A stretch of DNA of 32,000 nucleotides from Desulfurobacterium pacificum (lineage in GTDB: Bacteria > Aquificota > Aquificia > Desulfurobacteriales > Desulfurobacteriaceae): NCBI RefSeq assembly GCF_900182835.1, contig NZ_FXUB01000005.1:34906-66905 (forward strand). The letters run 5' to 3'. Within the stretch, counting starts at the first letter, position 1. Every line of letters begins with the position of its first letter. The translations under genes were made by a program, and so were the position numbers. The notes under the pieces are model-generated. The model was not told the origin of the DNA, made no database searches, and saw only the letters and a list, made by a program, of their open reading frames with translations. Below, in pieces: positions 7,671 to 15,607 of the stretch.

Positions 7671-10220
7671 TTAAAAGGGGAAACCGAAAGAAATGTGGAA
7701 TCTTCCCTTTCCTTGACCCAGAACTTCTTTTAGTTTGTAACCGTAATCTATACGTAAAGGACCAACAGGAGTGATATATCTAAATCCTACTCCTACAGAG
7801 GAGTACCAATTACCAAACGAAAAATCCCCCCCCTTCCTAAACACCTTCCCACTATCGTAAAATACAGCTCCCTGTATCGTCTGCGTAAAGTTATACCTCA
7901 CCTCACAGCTAAATAACCCGTAAGCCTCACCGCCAACGTAGTTACCGTTAGAATCGGTAGGAGAAATAGTTCCATATTTATAACCTCTAACGCTCTCCGC
8001 TCCACCCAAAAAGAACCTATCCTGAACAGGAACGTAACTTCCCCTAATAGGCTGAATAAGCCCAGCTCCTTCTCTCAAAGCTACAACAATCTTTTCGTTT
8101 ATCGGGAACAACTTCAGCGCTTTTTCATCAACCAACCAGTAATCCGTATTTCCGCCCAAAAATCTACCAGCAAAAGAAGTAAATAACTGAATAAGATAGC
8201 CCCTCTTAGGATTTTTTACGTTATCCCTCTTATCGTATCTCTGAAAATAAAACAACGTTCTTTTAACAGATTCATTCTTCTCATGAATAGTAGTATCCTT
8301 TATTGATTCTCTTGCAATCTCAATACCAAAACTCTGAAACATAACCTTTGAAGCTTCTCTTTCCAAAGCAAATCTGTAAAAAATCTTATCTGTAGTAAAA
8401 CTTTCAAAAATCTGCTCTTTCTTTACTATTGAATACGAAGTGTCGTAACGTTCAAACGGAAAAGCAGGTTTATTCATCTTAAAAACAGCATCGTAACCTT
8501 CCTTCTGCCTGTAGTTACCAAAGAGGAAATATTTTATTCCCAACCCAAAAGGAGAAGTTGAAGAGAGAAATCCGTTCATAACGTAACCCGAATCTGTACC
8601 ATAGCCAACAAATCCTTTAGCGTGAAGCAAAGAACCTTCTCTTAAAGAAATCACTTCATTAACAACACCATCAACTGGATAATCGTTAATAGAAACCATT
8701 GAAAACAAACGCGTATTCGCAAGTTTTGAATACTGATTTATAATAGAATCCTCCTTGTAAATCTCCCCTGGATGTATCACAATTAGTTTTCTTATCCATT
8801 TCAAACCAGTCCTCTCCAAACCTTCAACTATTACAAAACCGAACTCTCTCTTTTCTCCAGGAAAAACGTAGATGGAAAGAAGCACAAAAGTCTTTGATTT
8901 TCCATTTACAAAACGCTTATTGACAATTACCTCAGTTCCAGAAAAACCCGCTTTTTTATAACAATTCTTTATCCTATCCATAATGTTATTTAAAACATCT
9001 TCTGTATAAACAATTGGAAGTTTAAGATTCTTCAACGAAGAACAGTTTAAAAAATCCCCCCACACCTTCACAGAAATCAGATAGTAACGCTTCCCCTTAT
9101 CAACCTTAACCTTTAAAACACCAGAAGGCAAAACAACGTAAGAAACTTTGACATCCAAAAATCCTTTTTCTTTAAAGAAACGTCTCATCTTTGCCACAGC
9201 ACTTTCAACCTTACTCCGAGAGAAAGGTTTACCCATCAAAGATTTAAAAAACTCTTGGTAATTTTTTGGAACTACTCTCTTAACTACTACTTGCTTACCT
9301 TCATCTATCTTAAACTCAACAACCACAAAATCTTTTTCTCTCCTTAAAACCGATTCTACTTTAACAAAAGGAAAGCCATTATCTTCATAAAAGTTCTTAA
9401 TCCTTTCCTTAGAACGTTCAATTTCAAACTCATCAACTGATTTGGCTTCGTAAAAAGTGACAAGAGGCTTCAACTTATCAGGAGGGAAATGCTCATTACC
9501 TTTAAATTCAATCCTATACCGCTTACCAGGAACAAACTTAATCTTCAAAATTACTAACTTCTTTCCACTTTTTTGACTCACAACAGAACAGGAGTAACTT
9601 ATATACGCGTTGAAATATCCTTGTTTTATATATTCTTCTTCTAATTTATCAACTAAATCTTTAACAACAGATGCATCAAGCCTCTTTCCCACCAGCTGTT
9701 TAAACGCAGAGAGTAACTCTTTCTTATACCTTGCAGGAGAATCCACAACTACCTTCTCTACAATAAAAGGAAGACCCGCTGAAACGTAGATTTCTACAGT
9801 ATAACCATCAGGTTGAGAAACCACCTTAAACCTAACGTTAGAATCCCTATAACCGGCAGTTCTCAGGTTTAAAAGTAAAAGCTGTTTAACGTTCTCCAAC
9901 GCATCTTCAGAAAAAGGTTTCCCTAAAAGCAATAGCTTTACAGTTTTTCTGAGAGAAGAAACTGCAGATGGAAGCCCTTCTATTTTGACTCTTTTAACCA
10001 AAACGCTTTTTACTACAATAACTTTATCACCTTTAACTTCTGCCTCATACCCTAAAGAGTTTAAGAGAGACAGAAGGACATAAGTACAATTTGAAAAGGA
10101 ACAAACAGCAGGTAGCTGCTCTTCTATTTGCTTTTTAACTTTTCCATCAAAACTAACTTTTGGAGAAACCTGCAAAACAGGTAGCGAAGCTAAAGTTGTT
10201 CCACTAAAAGTTAAAAACAA
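7671..10220 (-). CDS. bamA: Outer membrane protein assembly factor BamA (Omp85 family)
   Basis: Long N-terminal region of repeated POTRA-like units. C-terminal barrel with the loop-6 motif ESVRGYKYG. Terminal beta-signal ...RFHISFGFPF. The true start is probably upstream of TTG 10220 (see findings). Confidence 0.9.
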   Translation of the reverse strand: MFLTFSGTTLASLPVLQVSPKVSFDGKVKKQIEEQLPAVCSFSNCTYVLLSLLNSLGYEAEVKGDKVIVVKSVLVKRVKIEGLPSAVSSLRKTVKLLLLGKPFSEDALENVKQLLLLNLRTAGYRDSNVRFKVVSQPDGYTVEIYVSAGLPFIVEKVVVDSPARYKKELLSAFKQLVGKRLDASVVKDLVDKLEEEYIKQGYFNAYISYSCSVVSQKSGKKLVILKIKFVPGKRYRIEFKGNEHFPPDKLKPLVTFYEAKSVDEFEIERSKERIKNFYEDNGFPFVKVESVLRREKDFVVVEFKIDEGKQVVVKRVVPKNYQEFFKSLMGKPFSRSKVESAVAKMRRFFKEKGFLDVKVSYVVLPSGVLKVKVDKGKRYYLISVKVWGDFLNCSSLKNLKLPIVYTEDVLNNIMDRIKNCYKKAGFSGTEVIVNKRFVNGKSKTFVLLSIYVFPGEKREFGFVIVEGLERTGLKWIRKLIVIHPGEIYKEDSIINQYSKLANTRLFSMVSINDYPVDGVVNEVISLREGSLLHAKGFVGYGTDSGYVMNGFLSSTSPFGLGIKYFLFGNYRQKEGYDAVFKMNKPAFPFERYDTSYSIVKKEQIFESFTTDKIFYRFALEREASKVMFQSFGIEIARESIKDTTIHEKNESVKRTLFYFQRYDKRDNVKNPKRGYLIQLFTSFAGRFLGGNTDYWLVDEKALKLFPINEKIVVALREGAGLIQPIRGSYVPVQDRFFLGGAESVRGYKYGTISPTDSNGNYVGGEAYGLFSCEVRYNFTQTIQGAVFYDSGKVFRKGGDFSFGNWYSSVGVGFRYITPVGPLRIDYGYKLKEVLGQGKGRFHISFGFPF

Positions 10221-10225
10221 TAGAA

Positions 10226-11158
10226 TTAGCCATCTGAAACAGCCTTTAAGTATGGCTCTCCTCCGAAATTTATTTCAATAATTTTTCCTTCTCTCACTAA
10301 CTTAGAAACTATAGAGTCAACCTCTTCCTGAAGCAGATTGAGCGCATCAGCTATCTCAGAAGCGGGGCACGGTCTTCTTGACAGCAAAGCTACAATCTCC
10401 TTCTCTATCTCCTTCACAGGTAGCTTTCTCCTATCCGTTTTTGACCTTGCAACTATTTCTGTTTTGGGATACTTAACCTTCTCTTTAATTCTCTCAAGTT
10501 CTTCATAACTCAATCCTTGAACGTTATAGGCAGGAGGTCTAACTACTGTGTTAAGCTGCCACCGGTGAGGAGAAATCTCATGAACCAATTTTCCTATCCT
10601 TTCAATTTCTTCTTCAGAATCGTTAACGCCCTTAACGAACACCGTTTCAAGCCAAACCTCTCCAGAAGTAACAGACATTAACTTTTTTATTCCTTCAACA
10701 ACCTTTTTCAGAGTTAGCCCATCAACAGGTCTATTTAGCTTTCTGAAAGTTTCTTCACAGCCGGCATCAAGAGACGGCAAGACAACATCTAAAGTCTTAA
10801 TTTCTTCAAGAACTCTATCATCGTAAAGAAGAGAAGAATTCGTAAGCAACGCTAAAGAATAGCTGTAATTATTTTTTAACCAACCTATAAGCTCGCCCAA
10901 ACGAGAATACAGCGTTGGTTCACCGTAACCAGAAAAGGTTATATAGTCAAGTTCCGGTTTAAAAGAGAGATAATCTTCAAGCTCAGATTTAACAGCCTCA
11001 AAAGGAACGTATTCTGCCCTTTTTAACGTTTTCTCTGAAGTCCTTCCAACTTCACAGTAGAGACAATCCATACTGCATACTTTATAAGGAACTAAATCAA
11101 CACCTAAGGAGATGCCTAACCTTCGTGAAAAGACAGGACCAAAGATATATTTCATCAA
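10226..11158 (-). CDS. Radical SAM protein with C-terminal winged-helix-like domain
   Basis: CX3CX2C cluster motif CSMDCLYCEVG near the N-terminus and SGYGEPTL (SAM-binding GGE-like). The C-terminal ~60 aa (IVALLSRRPCPASEIADALNLLQEEVDSIVSKLVREGKIIE) look like a wHTH. Confidence 0.85.
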   Translation of the reverse strand: MMKYIFGPVFSRRLGISLGVDLVPYKVCSMDCLYCEVGRTSEKTLKRAEYVPFEAVKSELEDYLSFKPELDYITFSGYGEPTLYSRLGELIGWLKNNYSYSLALLTNSSLLYDDRVLEEIKTLDVVLPSLDAGCEETFRKLNRPVDGLTLKKVVEGIKKLMSVTSGEVWLETVFVKGVNDSEEEIERIGKLVHEISPHRWQLNTVVRPPAYNVQGLSYEELERIKEKVKYPKTEIVARSKTDRRKLPVKEIEKEIVALLSRRPCPASEIADALNLLQEEVDSIVSKLVREGKIIEINFGGEPYLKAVSDG

Positions 11159-11183
11159 TCACCTCGCTGAAAGCCAAAGAGTA

Positions 11184-11197
11184 AGTATAATTATACT
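11184..11197. promoter_or_regulatory. Perfect 14-bp palindrome AGTATAATTATACT carrying a TATAAT on each strand, in the divergent radical-SAM / transporter intergenic region
   Basis: Read directly. TATAAT lies on the + strand at 11186-11191, and on the - strand as the reverse complement of 11190-11195. I saw no good -35 element on either side. Confidence 0.4.
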
Positions 11198-11227
11198 CGC
11201 AAACTTGAGAAAACTGAGAGGGGAAAA

Positions 11228-12743
11228 ATGTCTCAAGAAATCCGCGAACACTGGGGAACAAGAATAGGTCTCATTTTAGCTATGGCTGGTAATGCCGTTG
11301 GATTAGGAAACTTTTTGCGATTTCCAACGCAGGCAGCAGACAACGGTGGCGGCGCTTTTATGATTCCATACATGATTGCAATGCTCTTAATTGCCATACC
11401 TTTAATGTGGACGGAATGGGCAATAGGTAGGTACGGAGGAAGCAAAGGTCACGGAACAACCCCAGCAATTTTCTATCTTCTATGGAGAAATCCGATAGCA
11501 AAGTACATCGGAGCAATTGGCTTATTCGTTCCGTTTATCGTCCTCTGTTATTACATTTACATTGAATCGTGGACTTTAGGGTACTCTGTCTTTTCCCTTT
11601 TAGGACTCCTACCCCATCCCGACCCATCTCTACCGCAGGACCAGTTTTTAAAACCATTTGCCGAATTTCTAAAGCACTACACACAACCCTCACCAATTGC
11701 CTACATATTTTTCTTAATAACCGTTGCGTTTAACGCTTACATTCTCTATAAAGGTGTAAGTGGCGGTATAGAGAAGTTTGCCAAGGTAGCAATGCCAACT
11801 CTGTTTATCTTAGCTTTTATCCTGATGGTAAGAGTAATCCTTCTTGAAACTCCCAACGGAACAGCCGTTCAAGGGTTGGATTTCTTATGGCATCCAGATT
11901 TCTCCCAACTATCAAATCCAAAGGTATGGCTGGCAGCTGCAGGACAGGTGTTCTTTACCCTATCTTTAGGTTTTGGAGCAATCATTACCTACGCCTCTTA
12001 CATAAAACGAGATGACGATATAGTGGCTTCTGGACTTTCTGCCGCTTCATTAAACGAATTGGCAGAAGTTATCTTAGGCGGCTCTATCGCCATACCAGCA
12101 GCAGTAGCTTTCTTCGGCGTTATGAACGCCAAAGCTGTAGCCGGAAGCGGTGCTTTCAACTTAGCTTTCGTTAGTCTCCCGGCAATATTTTCGAACCTCA
12201 CAGCAGGAAATCTAATAGGATTTTTGTGGTTCTTCCTGCTATTCTTTGCAGGTGCGACTTCTTCTGTTGCTATAGCTATGCCTATCGTTGCGTTTTTAGA
12301 AGATGAGTTCGGCTTTAAGAGAAAGGTAGCCGTTACGGCAACGGTGATATTCATGTTCTTAGTTGCGCAGATTCCTATATTCATGCCGAAAGCGTTAGAC
12401 GAAATGGATTTTTGGGCTGGAACGTTCTTCGTTGTACTTTTTGCCCTCTTAGAGGTAATAATCTTCTTCTGGTTGTTTAAACCTGAACTTGCCTGGGAGG
12501 AGATAAATAGGGGTGGTTTGTTTAAAGTGCCAAAGTTCTACTTTTACGTTCTCCGCTACATTACACCGCTTATTCTTTTTTGTAATTCTTTCAACCTGGA
12601 TGGTAACTACACTTCCTTCTAAGCTTTTCGTTACAGACGTTCAGGTATGGGTGGCAAGGTTTGTGATGATTTTAACGTTTATCGTTCTGTTCTTCTTGGT
12701 ATACCTTAGTAGTAATCGTAAACAAAAGGAGAATCTATCATGA
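11228..12743 (+). pseudogene. NSS-family (LeuT-type) Na+-coupled amino-acid transporter, interrupted by a 1-nt frameshift (11228-12622, continuing in the +1 frame to 12743)
   Basis: [69 protein letters not shown] and [14 protein letters not shown] match A. aeolicus LeuT as I remember it. The TM12-equivalent sequence is only found in the 12513-12743 ORF frame. The switch point is a T6 run at 12576-12581. Confidence 0.8.
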
Positions 12744-12895
12744 AAGGAAGTTCTTTATTATTCATGGTTCTATCGTGGATGGTAGTCTTCGGGTTTGTCG
12801 TTTTTTGTTTCACAGTTATATTAAGAGAGGATAAAAAACAGACAAAAGTGGATAATAGAGAAAGTTTTGATTTTGAAAACGAGGAAATCACTTAG
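12740..12895 (+). CDS. Small single-TM protein (51 aa), candidate NSS-transporter small subunit (MetS-like by position)
   Basis: Not in the ORF track (<60 aa). Translation: MKGSSLLFMVLSWMVVFGFVVFCFTVILREDKKQTKVDNRESFDFENEEIT. AAGGAG at 12726-12731 lies 8 nt upstream. The ATG overlaps the stop of the shifted transporter frame (ATGA), and its TAG abuts the rad50 ATG (TAGATG). Confidence 0.55.
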   Translation: MKGSSLLFMVLSWMVVFGFVVFCFTVILREDKKQTKVDNRESFDFENEEIT

Positions 12896-15607
12896 ATGAT
12901 AAAGCTTCGCAGTCTGAAGCTAAAAGACTTCCTTTCACACCAGGAAACCGAAATTGACTTTTCTGACGAAACCTACGTGATTTTAGGAGAAAACGCTTCC
13001 GGTAAAACATCTATACTGAGGGGAATTTTTTTCTCTATATTTGGCAAAGATTTTGTGGCAGACAAACAGGAAAAGTTAGTCAACAAAAACGCTTCACGTT
13101 TTTCTACATCTGTTAGATTTCTCTACAGGGGAAGGGAAGTTGAGGTAAGGAGGGGATTTTCCCTATATACGAGAAAAAGCACAGCAGAACTTCTAGTAAA
13201 CGGCAGATTGGCAGCATCAGGCGTTAAAGAGGTAAAAAAATTCATAGAAGAGACGCTTAACCTTGACCCTCACATCTTTAGAAACACCGTTTACGTTCCT
13301 CAAGGTGAGATTCTTTCTCTGTTTGACCTGCAAAAGAGAGAAAAAAGACAAATTCTGAACAGACTTTTAGGATTGGATGAAATTGGGGAAACGTTTGAAA
13401 GAACGAAAAAGTTCTTTCGCGTAATGGAATCCTTCAGAAACATTCTCCTCCAAGAGGAAGAAAACTTTCAAGAATTAGAAAAAGAGATAGAGCAAAGCAA
13501 AGTAGTAGTTAAGGAGAAGGAGAAAAAATTTAAGGAAACGCAAAGAACCCTAAAAGAAGAAAAAGAACTCTTAAAAAAGCAAGAAGATATTTTGCAAAAG
13601 TTAAACGAAAAAGAGAAAAATGCTGCGCTGTTAAAATCTGAAATAGAGAACTGCGAAAAAAGAATAGAAGAAGTGGAAAAAGAGAAGAAAGGGATAGAGG
13701 AAAAAATCGGAAAGATAGAACAACTTAAGAAGGAGCTGCCTGCACTGAAAGAAGCGATAAAAATCCTCCCCCCCCTCCACCAAATCCGCCAAATCCTCAC
13801 AGGCGTTGCAGAAAAGAAAAAAGACTTGGTTGAGAAGAAAAAAACGTTAGAAAAACTGACAGAGCTAAACAAAGAGTTAAAAGATATAGAAACCTCGCTC
13901 CCCGAACTCAAGAAACAGCTACAGGAAATTTCTGAAAAGCTTAAAGGGTTAACAAACCTCCTTCCTTCTGTCCAAAAAGAAATCAAAGAGATGGAAGAAA
14001 AAAGAAGAGAAAAACTAAAATTAGAAACGCAACTACTCTCAATAGAAAAAGAACTTAAAAGTGCCAGAGAAAAGCTCCTTTCCCTCCAATCAAAACCAAA
14101 ACTATCGGAAGATAAATTCACCGAACTCAAAGAAAAACTTAGAGCGGTAGAAAAGGAAGAAAGCCTAAAAGAGGCAAAACTTAAAGAGTTAGAAAAACGC
14201 TTGAAAGAACTTGAAAGTTTAGAAACAAACACTTGTCCGGTCTGCCTATCTCCTTTATCTACAGAAAAAAGGAAAGAGCTAATAAAAACCTCCGTTGAAG
14301 AAATTAAACAAATCAGGAAGGAGATAGAAACGCTGAAAAACAAAAAAGAACAGCTTGGAAAACAATTAAAAGAAGCGGAAAAAATCCTCACAAAACAAAA
14401 GCAGGAAGAAGCGTTAGAAAGAGAAATCACCCTAAACGTAAAAAACCTTGAACTGAAGGCAGAACAAATCAAAAAAAGCCTTCAAGCAATTCCTGTAGAA
14501 GAAAGCAAAATAGAAAAGCTACAAAAACGACTTGAGGAAATCCAAAAAGATGTAGCCTCTCTCAAAGAAAAAGAGAAATTCCTTGAACTGCAGATAAAAG
14601 AAAAGGAAAAAAGAAAAGAGGAAATTGAGAAAACGATAGAACAGCACGATATAAAAACCCTTGAAAGAGAGGTGAAAAGCTTAGAAGAGTCTATACAACA
14701 AGCACTGAATGAGGCAAAAAACATAAAACAGCTCTGGAATCTTGACGTTTCATCACTTCAAGAAGTCAACAGAAAAGTTGAAGAACTTTTAAAACTTAAG
14801 GAAGAAAAAGATAGAATAGAAGGAGAAATTCGCTCACTTCCCGACTACGAAAAAGCACTGAAAGAAAAGGAAGAAACCCTAACAGCACTGAAAAAACGAT
14901 TAAACGAACTACAAAAACAGCTAAAGGAGTTGAACTTTAACGTAGAAGAATACGAAACGATGAAGGAAACGGTAAAAAGAGAAAGAGAAAAAGTAGAAGC
15001 CTTAGAGAAAGAAGCGTCAAAACTTTCCGGCGAAATCTCAACGTACAAAAAGGTAATTGCTGAAAAAGAGGAAAAATTAAAACAGAGAGAAAAGCTAAAA
15101 AGTGAATTAGCAAGAACGGAAGACACGTTGAGAATTTTAAAGTCTGTTTTAGAAGGGCTACATCCGGAGAGGGGATTTTTAACGCAAGTCCGTAAAGAGT
15201 TACTACCTGAAATTTCTCATTACTGCAGCGAATTTTTTGAAGAGTTTGATTTTGAATTTGGCGACGTAACGATATCGGAAGATTTAAGCGTAACGGCAAG
15301 AGGACTTGGAGGACAGCTAACGCTGAACGAGTTTTCAGGCGGACAGCAGATAGCCTTCGCCCTATCCCTAAGATTTGCCCTTGCAAAATACTTCTCTCAA
15401 AGATTTGACCTGCTCATACTTGACGAACCAACCATTCATCTTGACCAGCAGAGAAGACAGGCTTTAACCGACCTGCTTCAGAAGTTAAAGACGAAAATCC
15501 CCCAAATGATTATTGTTACCCACGACCCGGAATTAGAGGTGGTGGGGGATGTTGTGGTGAAGGTGGAGAAGGTGGGGGGATTTTCGGAGGTAAAAGTTGA
15601 AACCTGA
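12896..15607 (+). CDS. Rad50/SbcC-type SMC-like ATPase with zinc hook
   Basis: N-terminal Walker A GENASGKTS and Q-loop VYVPQGEI. About 600 aa of K/E-rich coiled coil with a central CPVC hook (14234-14245). C-terminal signature FSGGQQIAFALSLRFALA, Walker B LLILDEPTIHLD and H-loop IIVTHD. Confidence 0.9.
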   Translation: MIKLRSLKLKDFLSHQETEIDFSDETYVILGENASGKTSILRGIFFSIFGKDFVADKQEKLVNKNASRFSTSVRFLYRGREVEVRRGFSLYTRKSTAELLVNGRLAASGVKEVKKFIEETLNLDPHIFRNTVYVPQGEILSLFDLQKREKRQILNRLLGLDEIGETFERTKKFFRVMESFRNILLQEEENFQELEKEIEQSKVVVKEKEKKFKETQRTLKEEKELLKKQEDILQKLNEKEKNAALLKSEIENCEKRIEEVEKEKKGIEEKIGKIEQLKKELPALKEAIKILPPLHQIRQILTGVAEKKKDLVEKKKTLEKLTELNKELKDIETSLPELKKQLQEISEKLKGLTNLLPSVQKEIKEMEEKRREKLKLETQLLSIEKELKSAREKLLSLQSKPKLSEDKFTELKEKLRAVEKEESLKEAKLKELEKRLKELESLETNTCPVCLSPLSTEKRKELIKTSVEEIKQIRKEIETLKNKKEQLGKQLKEAEKILTKQKQEEALEREITLNVKNLELKAEQIKKSLQAIPVEESKIEKLQKRLEEIQKDVASLKEKEKFLELQIKEKEKRKEEIEKTIEQHDIKTLEREVKSLEESIQQALNEAKNIKQLWNLDVSSLQEVNRKVEELLKLKEEKDRIEGEIRSLPDYEKALKEKEETLTALKKRLNELQKQLKELNFNVEEYETMKETVKREREKVEALEKEASKLSGEISTYKKVIAEKEEKLKQREKLKSELARTEDTLRILKSVLEGLHPERGFLTQVRKELLPEISHYCSEFFEEFDFEFGDVTISEDLSVTARGLGGQLTLNEFSGGQQIAFALSLRFALAKYFSQRFDLLILDEPTIHLDQQRRQALTDLLQKLKTKIPQMIIVTHDPELEVVGDVVVKVEKVGGFSEVKVET

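Noticed and set aside
12513-12743. 76-aa ORF as an independent small gene
   Set aside because: Its first 20 or so codons overlap the transporter in another frame and look meaningless. From 12582 onward it matches the LeuT TM12 region. It is the displaced C-terminus of the frameshifted transporter, not a separate gene.
11233-12891. Antisense ORFs 11233-11445, 11998-12384 and 12706-12891
   Set aside because: They lie opposite the NSS transporter and the small coupled ORF. They have no independent start signals, and the sense strand explains the region.
13440-15130. Apparent tandem repetition (GAAAAAG/GAAGAA-rich) in the middle of rad50
   Set aside because: This is compositional periodicity from heptad-repeat K/E/L coiled-coil coding. 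It has no fixed repeat unit and is not a DNA tandem repeat.
13468-15386. Long antisense ORFs inside the rad50 gene (13468-14472 at 334 aa, 14482-14724, 14845-15126, 14937-15386)
   Set aside because: Their translations are S/F/L-rich and low in complexity. That is exactly what the reverse complement of GAA/AAA/AAG-rich coiled-coil coding sequence produces. They have no RBS and no recognisable domain, and the sense frame carries all the Rad50 motifs.
12896-15607. Rad50-like protein as a defence ATPase (RloC-type anticodon nuclease, Lamassu LmuB, Wadjet JetC)
   Set aside because: The C-terminus is a canonical ABC signature/Walker B/H-loop half-site with no appended nuclease or ACNase domain. 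No LmuA/LmuC- or JetABD-like neighbours exist. An ordinary Rad50/SbcC is the simpler call.
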